A stretch of 64,000 nucleotides of DNA from an uncultured delta proteobacterium. Its GTDB lineage: Bacteria > Myxococcota_A > UBA9160 > SMWR01. Positions 48,942 to 60,500 of this stretch are shown here, piece after piece. Both the position numbers and the translations under genes were made by a program. The notes under the pieces were generated by a model that saw only the letters and a list, made by a program, of their open reading frames with translations, did no database searches and had not been told where the DNA came from. The stretch lies in NCBI GenBank assembly GCA_963832165.1, contig CAWHTE010000007.1, forward strand, positions 1,002,425 to 1,066,424, given 5' to 3'. The first letter of the stretch is position 1, and each line of letters starts with the position of its first letter.

Positions 48942-49912
48942 TCGGCGTTCGGCCGGTCGATGACTCCTCGAATCACGGTCTCGAGCACGCTCCAGACCTG
49001 TTCCGCGTAGAAGCGGTGCATGCGCGGGCCCGGGTGCGGATCGTTCGGCAGCGCCCACAGCGGCTTGCCCCCGGCCGGACCGAAGTCGCGCACGAACGCG
49101 GTCTGCAGGTTGAAGCTCTCGAAGCCGTTCACCTCGAACTCGCGCCGCAAGATCCGATAGCGCGCCATCACCGCCGCGTCGGCCGGCTGGACCGGACTCG
49201 TGAGCACGAACGCATAGCCGTCGATTCCGGCGCGCCGCAGCTCCGTGCCGAGCTCCGCCACCGTGCGCTGCCAGCGCGCGAGGTAGCGCTCGGCGGGATC
49301 GAAGGTGTCGACCACCCATTCGGCGTAGGTGTAACGCCAGCCCATGCGGTCGCCGATCCGGTTGAGCGCGTAATCGAGCCAGCGAAACAGATCGAGCTGC
49401 TTGCTGATCTTTCCGAACACCCTCCACTCCCGCTGCTGACCGCTCGGCTCGTCGATCGGCGGCTGCAGATCGTTGTCGACGACGCCGACCACGACCAGAT
49501 CGGGATCGAACCGGCGTCCGTCGCGTTCGAACGCGCGCAGCTCGTCGGTGGTGCTCCAGCCGTTCTGGGCCAGCGTGATCACTTCGACGCCCGCGCCCGC
49601 GATCTGCTGGAGCTGACGCGGCCAGATCTCGTCGTCCGCGACGCCGTGGCCGAACGTGAGCGAGTCACCGAGCACGAGGATGCGCACGGTGCCGGCGGGC
49701 TTCTCGTCAGCGTGCTCCTCGTCGCGATAGCCGAGCGAGTTCAGCGTCGGTCGCAATCGCTCGGGGAAATGGTCGTAGGTTCCGATCGCGCCCAGCACGC
49801 GCGTGCGCGCCCAGTCGCTGCGCACGAAGAGCTCCGCAGCCCCGAGCGAGAGGCCGAGGCTGGTGGCCGCGAGCCCCGCCGCGGCGGCCGCGCGCCGCCA
49901 GGAGTCGCGCAC
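48833..49912 (-). CDS. SGNH/GDSL hydrolase family protein with N-terminal membrane anchor
   Basis: NSLGYRD, LGDSLTFG.G, NND, D.HP; 3' end overlaps the convergent methyltransferase. Confidence 0.88.
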   Translation of the reverse strand: MRDSWRRAAAAAGLAATSLGLSLGAAELFVRSDWARTRVLGAIGTYDHFPERLRPTLNSLGYRDEEHADEKPAGTVRILVLGDSLTFGHGVADDEIWPRQLQQIAGAGVEVITLAQNGWSTTDELRAFERDGRRFDPDLVVVGVVDNDLQPPIDEPSGQQREWRVFGKISKQLDLFRWLDYALNRIGDRMGWRYTYAEWVVDTFDPAERYLARWQRTVAELGTELRRAGIDGYAFVLTSPVQPADAAVMARYRILRREFEVNGFESFNLQTAFVRDFGPAGGKPLWALPNDPHPGPRMHRFYAEQVWSVLETVIRGVIDRPNADYVGRSARRNRNSVLPSPVFMRSSARPRWAQNSTVS

Positions 49913-49918
49913 GCGGGG

Positions 49919-50722
49919 CTACGCCGGATCCCGGAAACGCGGCGGCCGCTTCTCGAGGTTCGCGAGCACCGCCTCGCGCTGGTTCTCGCCGCGGATCACC
50001 GCGGTCTGCAGCTCCTCCTCGAGACGCAGCCCATCGGCGACGCTGCCGAGCAGCGCGGTGTTGAGCAGCTTCTTCGCCGCGCGCACCGCGTCGGGGCTGC
50101 GGCCCGCGATCTCGCGCGCGAGCGCCGTCGCGTCGCGGTGCGGATCGTCGGAGACGTGCGTCGCGACGCGCAGCGCCACCGCCTCGGTGCCCGAGAAGAT
50201 CCGCGCCGTGAACGTGAGCTCCTTTGCCACGTCGAGGCCGACCACGTTGCGCAGCGTCTGCGTGAACGCGACGTCGGGGATCAGCCCCCAGTAGCCCTCG
50301 CGGATCGAGAGCTTCGCGTCGGGCGCGACGAAGCGGATGTCGGCGCCCAGCGCGAGCTGCAGGCCGGCTCCGTAGGCGGTGCCGTGCACGGCCGCGATCA
50401 CGGGCACGGGAACTTCCTGCCAGATCCACGCGGCGCGCTGCGCGAGGTTCGCGGGGCTCTCGGGCGAGCGGTCGAAGAGGTTCGGGCCCGAGCGGTTGCG
50501 ATCGCCGGCGCCGCTGATCGCCTGCAGATCGATCCCGCTCGAGAACGCGCGGCCTGCACCCGAGAGCACCACCGCGCGCACCGAGCCATCGCGCGCGATC
50601 GCCTTGCCCGCCTCGACCAGCGCGACGAACATCGGAACGTCCATCGCGTTCAGCTTGTCTTCGCGCACGAGGCGCACGTCCGCGATGCCGTCCTTCTGCT
50701 CGATGCGAACTCGTTCGTCCAC
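49919..50722 (-). CDS. Enoyl-CoA hydratase/isomerase (crotonase) family
   Basis: K.NA.D, GRAFSSG.D, PVIAAVHG.A.GAG.QLALGADIR, WGLIPD, PPRF. Confidence 0.92.
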   Translation of the reverse strand: MDERVRIEQKDGIADVRLVREDKLNAMDVPMFVALVEAGKAIARDGSVRAVVLSGAGRAFSSGIDLQAISGAGDRNRSGPNLFDRSPESPANLAQRAAWIWQEVPVPVIAAVHGTAYGAGLQLALGADIRFVAPDAKLSIREGYWGLIPDVAFTQTLRNVVGLDVAKELTFTARIFSGTEAVALRVATHVSDDPHRDATALAREIAGRSPDAVRAAKKLLNTALLGSVADGLRLEEELQTAVIRGENQREAVLANLEKRPPRFRDPA

Positions 50723-50788
50723 GGGTTCTCCCTCCCTGCAAACCGTGCGAGAATGGCGCGCGAATTGCCACCACGCCCGGAGGCAGCC

Positions 50789-51961
50789 ATGAGCGACGAC
50801 CTGGTGCTCTGCTCGGGCACGCTGCGCGCGGCCTCGCTGGCCGAGAAGTGCGCGGCCGCCGTGGCGGGCGGCTTCTCGGCGCTCACGCTCTGGCCCAGCG
50901 ACGTGGCGCGCGCCCAGCGCGAGGGCCTGGCGCTCGCGGAGACCCGCCGCCTGATCGCGGACCACGGCCTCGAGGTCGCCGACCTCGATGCACTGCTCGT
51001 CTGGCTGCCCGGCGAACAGGTCCCGCCCGGCGTTCCGGGCGAAGCGGAGTTCTACGCGATCGCCGACGCCGTGGGTGGACGATCGCTCAACGTCGTGCAG
51101 GGCTTCGGCGCGAGCGTCGATCTCGATCGCGCCGCGGAGGCGCTTGCGGGCGTGTGCGATCGCGCGCGCGAGCACGGCCTGTTCGTGACGCTCGAGTATC
51201 TGCCGTGGTCGGGCATTCCCGACGCCGCGACCGCGCTCGCGATCGTCGAGCGCTGCGGGCGCGCCAATGCGACGCTGATGTTCGACACCTGGCACACGTT
51301 CCGCGGGCCCACCGACGAGGCACAGCTCGAGAAGATCCCGGCCGCGCGGATCGGCAGCGTGCAGATCAACGATGCGCCGGCCGAACCCGGGGAGAATCTC
51401 GTGAGCGAGACGCTGTCGGCGCGCCTGTTGCCGGGCGAGGGCGCGATCCCGCTCGTGCGCTGGCTGCGCTGGCTCGACGCGATCGGGAGCACGGCGCCGA
51501 TCGGTGTCGAGGTGTTCTCGAGCGCGCTCGATGCGCTGCCGCCCGTCGAGGTGGGACGGCGCTGCGGCGCCGCCGCGCGCGCGGTGCTCGCCGCCGCGCG
51601 TCGCTCAGCCGAAGTGACACACGTAGTGCAACGGCTCGAGCGCCTCGATCTCGAAGCTGCTCTCTCCGGGCACGTCGAAGCTCTGGCCCGCGCCGTACTC
51701 GTTCACGGTGCTGCTGCCCGCGAGCTTCACGCGACAGCGCCCCGCGATCAGCTCCATCTTCTCGGGGGCCGCGGTGTCGAAGGTCAGCTTCGCGGGCAGG
51801 ATCACGCCCACGCTCTTCCGCGAACCGTCGGCGAGCCGGATCGTGTGACTGACGCACCGGCCTTCGAAATAGACGTTGGCCTTGGTATCGATGGAGACGC
51901 CGTCGAGGCGCTCGCGGACGGGCATGGGATGCTACTCCTGGGATGGGGCCGGGGATTCTGA
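50789..51961 (+). CDS. Sugar phosphate isomerase/epimerase (xylose-isomerase-like TIM barrel); domain ends near 51605 but the frame continues
   Basis: GGAGG RBS; LEYLPW, D.WH, QI.D, R.LPGEG.IPL, VEVFS; stop not reached until 51961, antisense across ppnP. Confidence 0.8.
   Translation: MSDDLVLCSGTLRAASLAEKCAAAVAGGFSALTLWPSDVARAQREGLALAETRRLIADHGLEVADLDALLVWLPGEQVPPGVPGEAEFYAIADAVGGRSLNVVQGFGASVDLDRAAEALAGVCDRAREHGLFVTLEYLPWSGIPDAATALAIVERCGRANATLMFDTWHTFRGPTDEAQLEKIPAARIGSVQINDAPAEPGENLVSETLSARLLPGEGAIPLVRWLRWLDAIGSTAPIGVEVFSSALDALPPVEVGRRCGAAARAVLAAARRSAEVTHVVQRLERLDLEAALSGHVEALARAVLVHGAAARELHATAPRDQLHLLGGRGVEGQLRGQDHAHALPRTVGEPDRVTDAPAFEIDVGLGIDGDAVEALADGHGMLLLGWGRGF
51605..51925 (-). CDS. 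ppnP: Pyrimidine/purine nucleoside phosphorylase (DUF1255)
   Basis: KANVYF.G.C.SH, DGS.KSVGVI.P, F.T.APE.ME, G.SF.VP..S.F, HY.CHF. Confidence 0.92.
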   Translation of the reverse strand: MPVRERLDGVSIDTKANVYFEGRCVSHTIRLADGSRKSVGVILPAKLTFDTAAPEKMELIAGRCRVKLAGSSTVNEYGAGQSFDVPGESSFEIEALEPLHYVCHFG

Positions 51962-51976
51962 CATCGGAGGTGGTTC

Positions 51977-52432
51977 ATGGCGATCCGGGCAATCTCCCAC
52001 GTGGCGATCGGCGTGCGCGACATGGAGCGCGCGCTGCGCTTCTACCGCGACGCGCTCGGCCTGCGCGTGAAGCTCGACACGATCGAGGAGATTCCGGGCT
52101 TCGCGGGGTCGGAGGCGCGCAAGCGGCGCGCGGCCTATCTCGGCTGGAGCGAGGGGCCGCACGAGTCGTTCGTCGTGCTCGACCAACAGCTCACGACCCC
52201 GCCGTTCGGCGAGCCCGCGCGCCTGTTCCAGACCGCCATCCACCACTTCTCGTTCTGGGCGGAGGATCTCGAGGCGATCGTCGCGCGCGTGCGCTCGGCG
52301 GGCTTCGACGTGCTGTCCGAGCCCGGCTACGGCGACACGCTCGCCTACGGCGAGGCTCCGGGCGGGAAGGTTCTGAGCACCTTCCTGCGCGACCCCGACG
52401 GCAACTACGTGCAGCTCGACCAGCGCGCCTAG
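51977..52432 (+). CDS. VOC/glyoxalase family protein
   Basis: SHVAIGV.DMERAL.FY...LG, HH.SF, FLRDPDGN.V. Confidence 0.9.
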   Translation: MAIRAISHVAIGVRDMERALRFYRDALGLRVKLDTIEEIPGFAGSEARKRRAAYLGWSEGPHESFVVLDQQLTTPPFGEPARLFQTAIHHFSFWAEDLEAIVARVRSAGFDVLSEPGYGDTLAYGEAPGGKVLSTFLRDPDGNYVQLDQRA

Positions 52433-52920
52433 CTGCGCGACGTCACCTCGAACAGCCACACGCCCGCCTCGGTCGGCGGCAGATCACCGTACTTGCGCTC
52501 GAGCTCCGCGCGCACCGTGTCGCCGAGCTGCTGGGTGATGGCGTCGTCGAGCTTCGTGAGCGTCACCGGATAGAGCTTTCCGTCGATGCGCAGCTTGGCG
52601 CGTCCGTCCATCGCGGCCAGCTGGTGCCAGTTCTTTCCGGGCGGGAAACCGAGGCTGCACGGCACATAGGCCTTCCCCTCGTGGAAGAAGATCCAGGTGA
52701 TGCGCGAGCGGTCCTGCTGCTCGAGCTGGAGCTCGACCTCTCCCACGTCCTTCACGAACGACCAGTCGGTGACGGGCTGGGCCACCGCCTCGCCCGCGAC
52801 GAGCGGTCCGCCCGGGATCGGGCCAAGCGGTCCGTCGTGCAGCCGGGCGCCGTAGAACACGAGTGCGGCCAACACGGCCAGCGCGGCGAGGATGCGAGCG
52901 ATCCAGCGAATCACGCCCAT
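52429..52920 (-). CDS. Hypothetical exported or membrane-anchored protein
   Basis: GGAGG RBS; N-terminal TM; DGP.GP.PGG.L..GE and DWSF motifs. Confidence 0.75.
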   Translation of the reverse strand: MGVIRWIARILAALAVLAALVFYGARLHDGPLGPIPGGPLVAGEAVAQPVTDWSFVKDVGEVELQLEQQDRSRITWIFFHEGKAYVPCSLGFPPGKNWHQLAAMDGRAKLRIDGKLYPVTLTKLDDAITQQLGDTVRAELERKYGDLPPTEAGVWLFEVTSRS

Positions 52921-52953
52921 GGAGACCTCCGGAATGCGCGCGACTCTAGCCGA

Positions 52954-53373
52954 TCACGCGTACATCGGGAGCCGATCGCGCAGCCGCAGCCAGCCGCGCG
53001 CGATCCGGTAGATGATCCACGCGGTGATCGTGACGAGGATCGGAATTGCGATCGGGATGCCGATGATCGTCACCATGAGAATCGCGGCGAGGACCAGCCA
53101 AAGGAGCGCAAACCAGAACGTGCGGATCTGCCAGCGATAGTGCGAGTCGAGCCAGGTGTCGCGCGCCTCGCTGCGCTTCACGTAGTTCAGGATCACGGCG
53201 AGGATCGACGGTACGCTCCCGACGAAGCTGCCGACCACCGTCGCAGTGCCGAGCACCCCCACGACGATCGCGAGCGTGTGCAGCGCGTAGACGGCGTTTG
53301 CCACCGTCCACGCGGACTCGGACGGAGTGCTCTCGACGGGAAGACTCGTTTGCACGTTGGCTTCCTCCTGCAT
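52954..53373 (-). CDS. DUF4870-like membrane protein
   Basis: VYAL, AVI.NYVKR.E...TWL.SH.RWQIRTFW, W.IYRI.RGW. Confidence 0.85.
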   Translation of the reverse strand: MQEEANVQTSLPVESTPSESAWTVANAVYALHTLAIVVGVLGTATVVGSFVGSVPSILAVILNYVKRSEARDTWLDSHYRWQIRTFWFALLWLVLAAILMVTIIGIPIAIPILVTITAWIIYRIARGWLRLRDRLPMYA

Positions 53374-53426
53374 CGAGTATCGCGTACTCTGCGGCTCCCG
53401 CCCCGGCCAGCGCCACGGAGACCGAC

Positions 53427-55625
53427 TTGCTCGCCGACTCGATTCTCGAAGGGCTGAACCCCGCGCAGCGCGAAGCCGTGATCACCACGGAGGGGCCGTT
53501 GCTCGTGCTCGCGGGCGCGGGCAGCGGCAAGACGCGCGTTCTGACGCAGCGGATCGCCTACCTCGTGGGCGCGTGCGGGATCGCGCCCGAGGGCATCCTC
53601 GCGGTGACGTTCACGAACAAGGCCGCGGGCGAGATGCGCGAGCGCGTCGAGAAGCTGCTCGGCGCCGACGCCACGGGTGTGTGGCTGTCGACCTTCCACT
53701 CCGTGTGCGTGCGGATCCTGCGCCGCGACATCGGCCACCTCGGCATGACGCGCGGCTTCGCGATCTACGACGAGGCCGACAGCCTCGCCGCGGTGAAGCA
53801 GTCGCTCGCGCGCAACCGGCTCGACCCGAAGGTCGTCGATCCGCGGCGGATCCGCTGGCGCATCGACCAGTGGAAGAACGCGGCCGAGGACCCCGCTGCG
53901 GTCTCGCGCGTGGCCTACGACGCCGAGTCTCGTCAGGCCGCCGACGTCTACGCCACCTATCAGCGCGTGCTCGCCGACGCGGGCGCGCTCGACTTCGGCG
54001 ACCTCCTGCTCAAGACCGTCGAGCTCTTCGAGCGCTTCCCCGAGGTGCTCGCGTACTACCGCCGGCGCTGGCAGTACGTGCTCGTGGACGAATACCAGGA
54101 CACCAACCGCGTGCAGTACAGGCTCGTGCAGCAGCTCGTCGCGGAGCACGGGAACCTGTGCGTGGTCGGTGATCCGGACCAGTCGATCTACGCGTGGCGC
54201 GGCGCCGACATCCACAACATTCTCGACTTCGAGCGCGACTATCCGGGCGCCGTGGTGGTGAAGCTCGAGCGCAACTACCGCTCGACGCAGCCGATCCTCA
54301 CGGGCGCGTCGGGCCTCGTGGCGAACAACGTCGCGCGCAAGCGCAAGGAGCTGTTCACCGAGCGCGAGGGCGGCGAGCCGATCCGCCTGTTCGAGGCGCG
54401 CGACGACCGCGAAGAGGCACAGGTCGTCGTGCGCGAGATCGCCGCGCTCGTGCGCGACGAGGGCCGAGCCTACGGCGACTGCGCGATCTTCTACCGCACC
54501 AACGCGCAATCGCGCGTGTTCGAAGAGGAGCTCCTGGCCTGCGACGTGCCCTATGTCGTGGTCGGTGGCGTGCGTTTCTACGACCGCGCCGAGGTGAAGG
54601 ACGCACTCTCGTTCGTGAGGCTCGCGCTCAATCCCGCCGACGCGGCCGCGCTGCGCCGGATCGTCAACAAGCCCGCGCGCGGAATCGGCAAGACCAGCCT
54701 CGACCGCGCCGATGCGCTCGCCGAGCAGCACGGCACTTCGCTGTTCGAGGGACTGCGCCGCCTCGAGGAGAACGAAGGCGACTCGCGCGCTGCGCGCGCG
54801 ATCTCCGCGTTCATCGAGCTGATCGAGGACATCTCCCAGCACGCGCGCGGAGCCTCTCCCGCGCGTGCGATCGCGCACGCGCTCGATCGATCGGGCTATC
54901 TCGCCGCGCTCGAGCGCGACGGCGGGATCGAGGCCGAGGGCCGGATCGAGAACCTCTCCGAGCTGCTCGCGGCGGCCGAGGACTTCGCGCGCGCGAACGC
55001 GGAGGGGTCGAGCGACGATCGCAGCGTGCTCGAGCAGTTCCTCGACCAGGTGTCGCTCGTCTCGGACGTCGACAACTACGATCGGCGCGACGACCACGTC
55101 TCGCTCATGACCGTGCACTCGGCCAAGGGGCTCGAGTTTCCGATCGTGTACCTCGCGGGCATGGAAGAGGGCGTGTTCCCGCACTCGAACGCGCTGCGCG
55201 ATCCGGCCGGGCTCGAAGAGGAGCGCCGGCTCTGTTATGTGGGCATGACGCGCGCGATGGAGCGGCTCACGATCACGAGCGCCGCGGAGCGGCTGCGCTT
55301 CGGGTCGCGCAGCTACGGCGTACCGTCACGCTTCCTCGCGGAGATTCCGCCCGCGGTCATCGAGCAGATCGGCGGCCGCGCACCGCGCGGCGGCCGCGCG
55401 CGCGTGCGTCCGAGTGACGGCCCGCAATACGACTACTCCTACGCCCAGACCGATCCCGGCGAGCTCGGGATCGCGCGCGGCATGCGCGTGCGCCATCCCC
55501 ACTTCGGCGTCGGCGTGGTGATCACGGTGAACGGCAGCGGCGCGAACCAGAAGCTCAAGATCCAGTTCGAGCGCGCGGGCGTGAAGACGCTCATGCTCAA
55601 GTTCGCGAATCTCGAGCTGGGGTGA
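53427..55625 (+). CDS. uvrD: UvrD/PcrA SF1 DNA helicase
   Basis: LNP.Q, AGAGSGKT, TFTNKAA.EM, VDEYQD, GD.DQSIY.WRGA, LMTVH.AKGLEF, EERRL.YV..TRA, C-terminal RV.H..FG.G domain. Confidence 0.95.
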   Translation: MLADSILEGLNPAQREAVITTEGPLLVLAGAGSGKTRVLTQRIAYLVGACGIAPEGILAVTFTNKAAGEMRERVEKLLGADATGVWLSTFHSVCVRILRRDIGHLGMTRGFAIYDEADSLAAVKQSLARNRLDPKVVDPRRIRWRIDQWKNAAEDPAAVSRVAYDAESRQAADVYATYQRVLADAGALDFGDLLLKTVELFERFPEVLAYYRRRWQYVLVDEYQDTNRVQYRLVQQLVAEHGNLCVVGDPDQSIYAWRGADIHNILDFERDYPGAVVVKLERNYRSTQPILTGASGLVANNVARKRKELFTEREGGEPIRLFEARDDREEAQVVVREIAALVRDEGRAYGDCAIFYRTNAQSRVFEEELLACDVPYVVVGGVRFYDRAEVKDALSFVRLALNPADAAALRRIVNKPARGIGKTSLDRADALAEQHGTSLFEGLRRLEENEGDSRAARAISAFIELIEDISQHARGASPARAIAHALDRSGYLAALERDGGIEAEGRIENLSELLAAAEDFARANAEGSSDDRSVLEQFLDQVSLVSDVDNYDRRDDHVSLMTVHSAKGLEFPIVYLAGMEEGVFPHSNALRDPAGLEEERRLCYVGMTRAMERLTITSAAERLRFGSRSYGVPSRFLAEIPPAVIEQIGGRAPRGGRARVRPSDGPQYDYSYAQTDPGELGIARGMRVRHPHFGVGVVITVNGSGANQKLKIQFERAGVKTLMLKFANLELG

Positions 55626-55633
55626 TGGCGCAG

Positions 55634-55679
55634 AAAAAGACGACGCCTCCGAGGGAGGAGTAGTCCCCGGAGGCGTCGT
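55634..55679 (-). terminator. Rho-independent terminator (minus strand) with C/U-rich loop
   Basis: 12-bp stem ACGACGCCTCCG/CGGAGGCGTCGT followed by CTTTTT on the minus strand. Confidence 0.8.
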
Positions 55680-55764
55680 GTGGTCTGAGGGACACGGGAA
55701 GGAACCAGAAACCTTTGCGAGTCCCTGCTCTCGGAAGTTTGGGACACCGCCCGATCGGATCGGT

Positions 55765-56190
55765 TCAGCGCCGGGCCGAAAATTCTCCGGGCCCCTTGAG
55801 CTCCACCACGTTGCCGTCCGGATCGCGGACATAGAGGGAAGGCCCCATCCCTTCTGCGCCGTATCGCTCGCCCACATCGCCGGCCTCGACGCCGGCCGCC
55901 GCGAGCTCCGCGCGCAGCGCGGCCGCGTCGAAAGACCCGAGCTGCAGCGCGAAATGGTCCATGTTCCTCGCTGAATCCCCCGGGGGGTCACCGCCGAGCT
56001 TCCCGAGTGGTCCCGCGATGTCGACCAGATCGATCAGCCCCGAGCCCGCGCGCAGCTGGACCAGCCCGAGCGCCTCGATGCGGCGCTCCTCGCGGCAGCC
56101 GAGCACGCCGCAGTAGAAGCCGAGCGCGCGCGCGACATCGCGCACGCGCAGCACCACATGATCGATACCGCGGATCTCGATCGCGCCCAT
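55765..56190 (-). CDS. VOC/glyoxalase family protein
   Basis: IDHVVLRVRD, FY..VLG, QLRAG..LIDLV, N.DHF, RYGAEG.G.S.Y..DPDGN.VELKG. Confidence 0.9.
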   Translation of the reverse strand: MGAIEIRGIDHVVLRVRDVARALGFYCGVLGCREERRIEALGLVQLRAGSGLIDLVDIAGPLGKLGGDPPGDSARNMDHFALQLGSFDAAALRAELAAAGVEAGDVGERYGAEGMGPSLYVRDPDGNVVELKGPGEFSARR

Positions 56191-56247
56191 CTCTCGCACG
56201 GTACTGCGGTTGACCTTTGCTGCGCGACCGCGCACGCTCGCGCGCCC

Positions 56248-56475
56248 ATGACCGGCGATCTCTACGGGTGCGCCGTGCGCGCGCTCGACGCGGCACCCCA
56301 GAGCGTGCCGCCGTGCCCGGTGTGCGGCGCCACCGCAGCGCGCCCGCGCTTCGCGGTGGAAGGGACCGCGGCACCCGTGGTCGTGTGCGAGAGCTGTGGG
56401 CTCGGGCGCTTCCACCCGATGCTCGACGCGACGGCGATCGCATCGCTCTACCCCGACGCCTACTACGGTGAGCCC
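56248..56475 (+). CDS. 5' fragment of a Zn-finger-led methyltransferase-type gene, truncated at the junction
   Basis: CPVCG...VVCESCGLG...P......LYP.AYY N-terminus, then abrupt loss of protein-like continuation. Confidence 0.65.
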
Positions 56476-57257
56476 CGGTCCTCGACTTCCGCCTGGACGC
56501 CCTTGCCGCGAGTCACGACCTTAAGAACCCGAACGAACGCGCGGCGCTGGTGCGAGGATTTCTGCCGATACTCTCGGTGGTGACGGACCCCGTCGTCAGG
56601 GCGCACTACCTGCAGCGCCTCGGCAGGCTGGCGGGAACGGGAGAGCGCACTTAACGCGATGCTTCCTCAGAAGGGCGAGAAGGACGGCGTGAGCGGCCGG
56701 TTACCCCTGCCCGGCGACTAAGGCTGAACCCGCCGCTGGAGACGTGCGCGAAGAGTTCTTGCTGGCGCTCATCCTGCGCTTCCCACAGCTCCGCGACGAA
56801 GCGCAGGGCATCTCGGAGGACCTGCTGTGGACAAGCGAGAGCCGCGCCGTCCTCCAGGCATGGAAGACGCTTCCCGCCGCGGAGGATGGCTCGGCAGCAA
56901 AAAGATGCGCTAATCGAAGCCCTGCCGGTGGAGCTAATGTCTTATGTCGAGCGTCTATACCTTGCGGAGAATGCCGGACTACGATCCCAAGGAGGCGCAG
57001 AAGGCACTGGCAAGATTGTCTGGCCCGGCTCGAACGGCGAGGACTCGAGATGGAAAAGCAGGCGACCGGCTCGCTCCTGGCCGAGACGGAGGCCGCAATC
57101 GGGGCAACGCCTCTAGCGGAAGCCGGGGCGGGTGAAGGAATTGATGACGAAAGGCTATTGGAGGTAGCAAGCGTCAACGTTCAAGATATGAGAACAGGTC
57201 TAAAGTTGCACGGGAAAGAGGTAGATGACAGAAACAATGGTGTTGAGACAGGACACG

Positions 57258-57265
<8 letters not shown>
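56476..57265 (+). CDS. dnaG: DNA primase, C-terminal part only, with several frameshifts
   Basis: PVLDFRL......DL.NP.ER...FLPIL..V.DPV.R.HYLQRL..LAG, then EE..LAL.L..P helical region; immediately upstream of rpoD. Confidence 0.7.
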
Positions 57266-58824
<1,559 letters not shown>

Positions 58825-58829
58825 CGGCG

Positions 58830-59261
58830 CTATTCCGTCGGCCGGAAACGTCCGCACGTACGGGACGTCCTTCGACTTCTCGTACGGCAGCGACTCCCAG
58901 AATCTGACGCCCATCTCCTGCTTCGTCGCCGCCAGCGCATAGATGCGCCGCGCGCCGCGCGCCCGCAGACGCTCGCTCGATTTCGTCCGTCAGCGCCCGG
59001 GCGAGACCGCGGCGGCGGAAGTCCGGGTGCACGGCGAGCCGGTAGATGTGGCCGCGCCAGTTGTCCCAGCCGCCGATGATGGAGCCCACGAGCTCGGCCG
59101 CTGCCTCCGCCACCAGGAAGAGGTCGGGCGACTTCTCCGTGAGCATGCGCAGGTGCTCCGGCGTGTCGGTGATCGACGGTCCGGAGCCGGTCGCCTGCCA
59201 GAGCGCGAGGATCGCCTCGACTTCGTCGGCTCGTGCTTCGCGAATGCGCAAATTCAGTCAT
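58830..59261 (-). CDS. GNAT family N-acetyltransferase, frameshifted
   Basis: LFLVAE...[28 protein letters not shown]. Confidence 0.85.
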   Translation of the reverse strand: MTEFAHSRSTSRRSRGDPRALAGDRLRTVDHRHAGAPAHAHGEVARPLPGGGGSGRARGLHHRRLGQLARPHLPARRAPGLPPPRSRPGADGRNRASVCGRAARGASMRWRRRSRRWASDSGSRCRTRSRRTSRTCGRFRPTE

Positions 59262-59329
59262 GGATTGGCATTGTACGGCAATTGACGCGCCCCGCGTAGT
59301 CGCCTAGCATCGTTAGCGGAAGGATCACG

Positions 59330-59550
59330 ATGCCGATCTACGAGTACGTCTGCCCGTCGTGCGACACGCGGTTCGAGGAACTGCGCCCGGTCACCCGCAT
59401 GGATGATGCCGCGAGCTGCCCGAAGGGTCATCGCAGCGGCCACCGTGTGCTTTCGACGTTCGCCGCGCTCACCCGTGACGGAGGGCGCCGTAAGCAGCGT
59501 CGCGGGCGGCGGTTGCGGCGGCGGCTGCACCAACTGCGCCTGCAGCTTGA
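59330..59550 (+). CDS. FmdB family zinc-ribbon protein, frameshift near 59485
   Basis: MPIYEY.C..C...FE, CP.GH, R.LS.FA; Gly/Cys-rich tail GGGCGGGCTNCACS in a shifted frame. Confidence 0.8.
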
Positions 59551-59551
59551 A

Positions 59552-60347
59552 CTAGAGGCGCTCTCCGCTAGCGAAAGTAGTGGCGCGGTTTCGGCGTCGT
59601 CAGCTTCGGGCGCGCGTGGCCCGCCGGCGCCGGCGACTCGGGCGCAGCGAAGATCCTCACTGGTATGTCCTGCGGCCGGCTCAGCAGCAGATAGCCGCCG
59701 CTGCTCCGCCGATCAGCGCCGCCTCCAACAGCGTCGCCGTCACGATGAGCGTCGTGATCTCGAACCAGAACGCCTCCGGGTACATCTGAATCAAATGGTC
59801 CCGGTGGGATCGAGCTGCCAGAGGTCGTTGCTGAAGGCGAAGACGTGAAACTCGGTCCACGCCGAGTCGAAGCCGGAGGCGGCGACGGCGCCCGCCATGC
59901 CGAGCAGGCCTCCGGTTAGGAGCACTCCACAGAGCGCGGCCGCCGCCAGCGCCCGCGGAGACCAGAGCGCGATCATCACCGCCAGCGTCAGAACAGCGAC
60001 CACGCTCCGATCTGCACGGTGAACAGCGTCTGGACGAGGTCACGCACGTCTGCCATGTGCGCCGTTTCGCGGGCGCTGAACAGCGGGACGGTGGCGCCGC
60101 GGTCGTTCCGTACCTTGATCGCCAGTTCCCCGGCCTGCTCGGCTGTCAGGTATTCCTTGATCTCGCCGTTGGCGCGCAGCAGCTCGGACTCAGGGATGCC
60201 GGACACTTCGGCCGCGTTGTACTCCCGGACGGAATAGTCGTAGACGTTCTGCTCGGAGATGGCAATGCGAATATTCGTGGCGATCAGAGCGATGGGGATC
60301 GCCGCGATGAAGAGGACTATCGTTAGGACACGAAAGAGGCCCAGAAT
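59552..60347 (-). CDS. TIGR01906/DUF1461-like integral membrane protein, frameshifted
   Basis: F..RE..HM.DV..L, F...W..FH...F.ND.W.LDP..D.LI.MYPE.FW; fragments in at least three frames; 3' end approximate. Confidence 0.75.
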
Positions 60348-60500
60348 GGCCTCCCCCTTTCGTTCTTGGCCGAACGGTGTTTCTTGATTCCATCGTAGGT
60401 ACGCCTTCTCCGTTTTGTCAACGACTTTGGCGACGCCTTATGATTGCGCTCGTGGGCAGATTTCGGAAAGGACGTTCCAATGAGGCCTGATAAGAGGTCA

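Noticed and set aside
48521..51961. 1146-aa ORF as a giant fusion protein
   Set aside because: Only 50789 to ~51605 is protein-like; the rest is antisense to the SGNH, crotonase and ppnP genes
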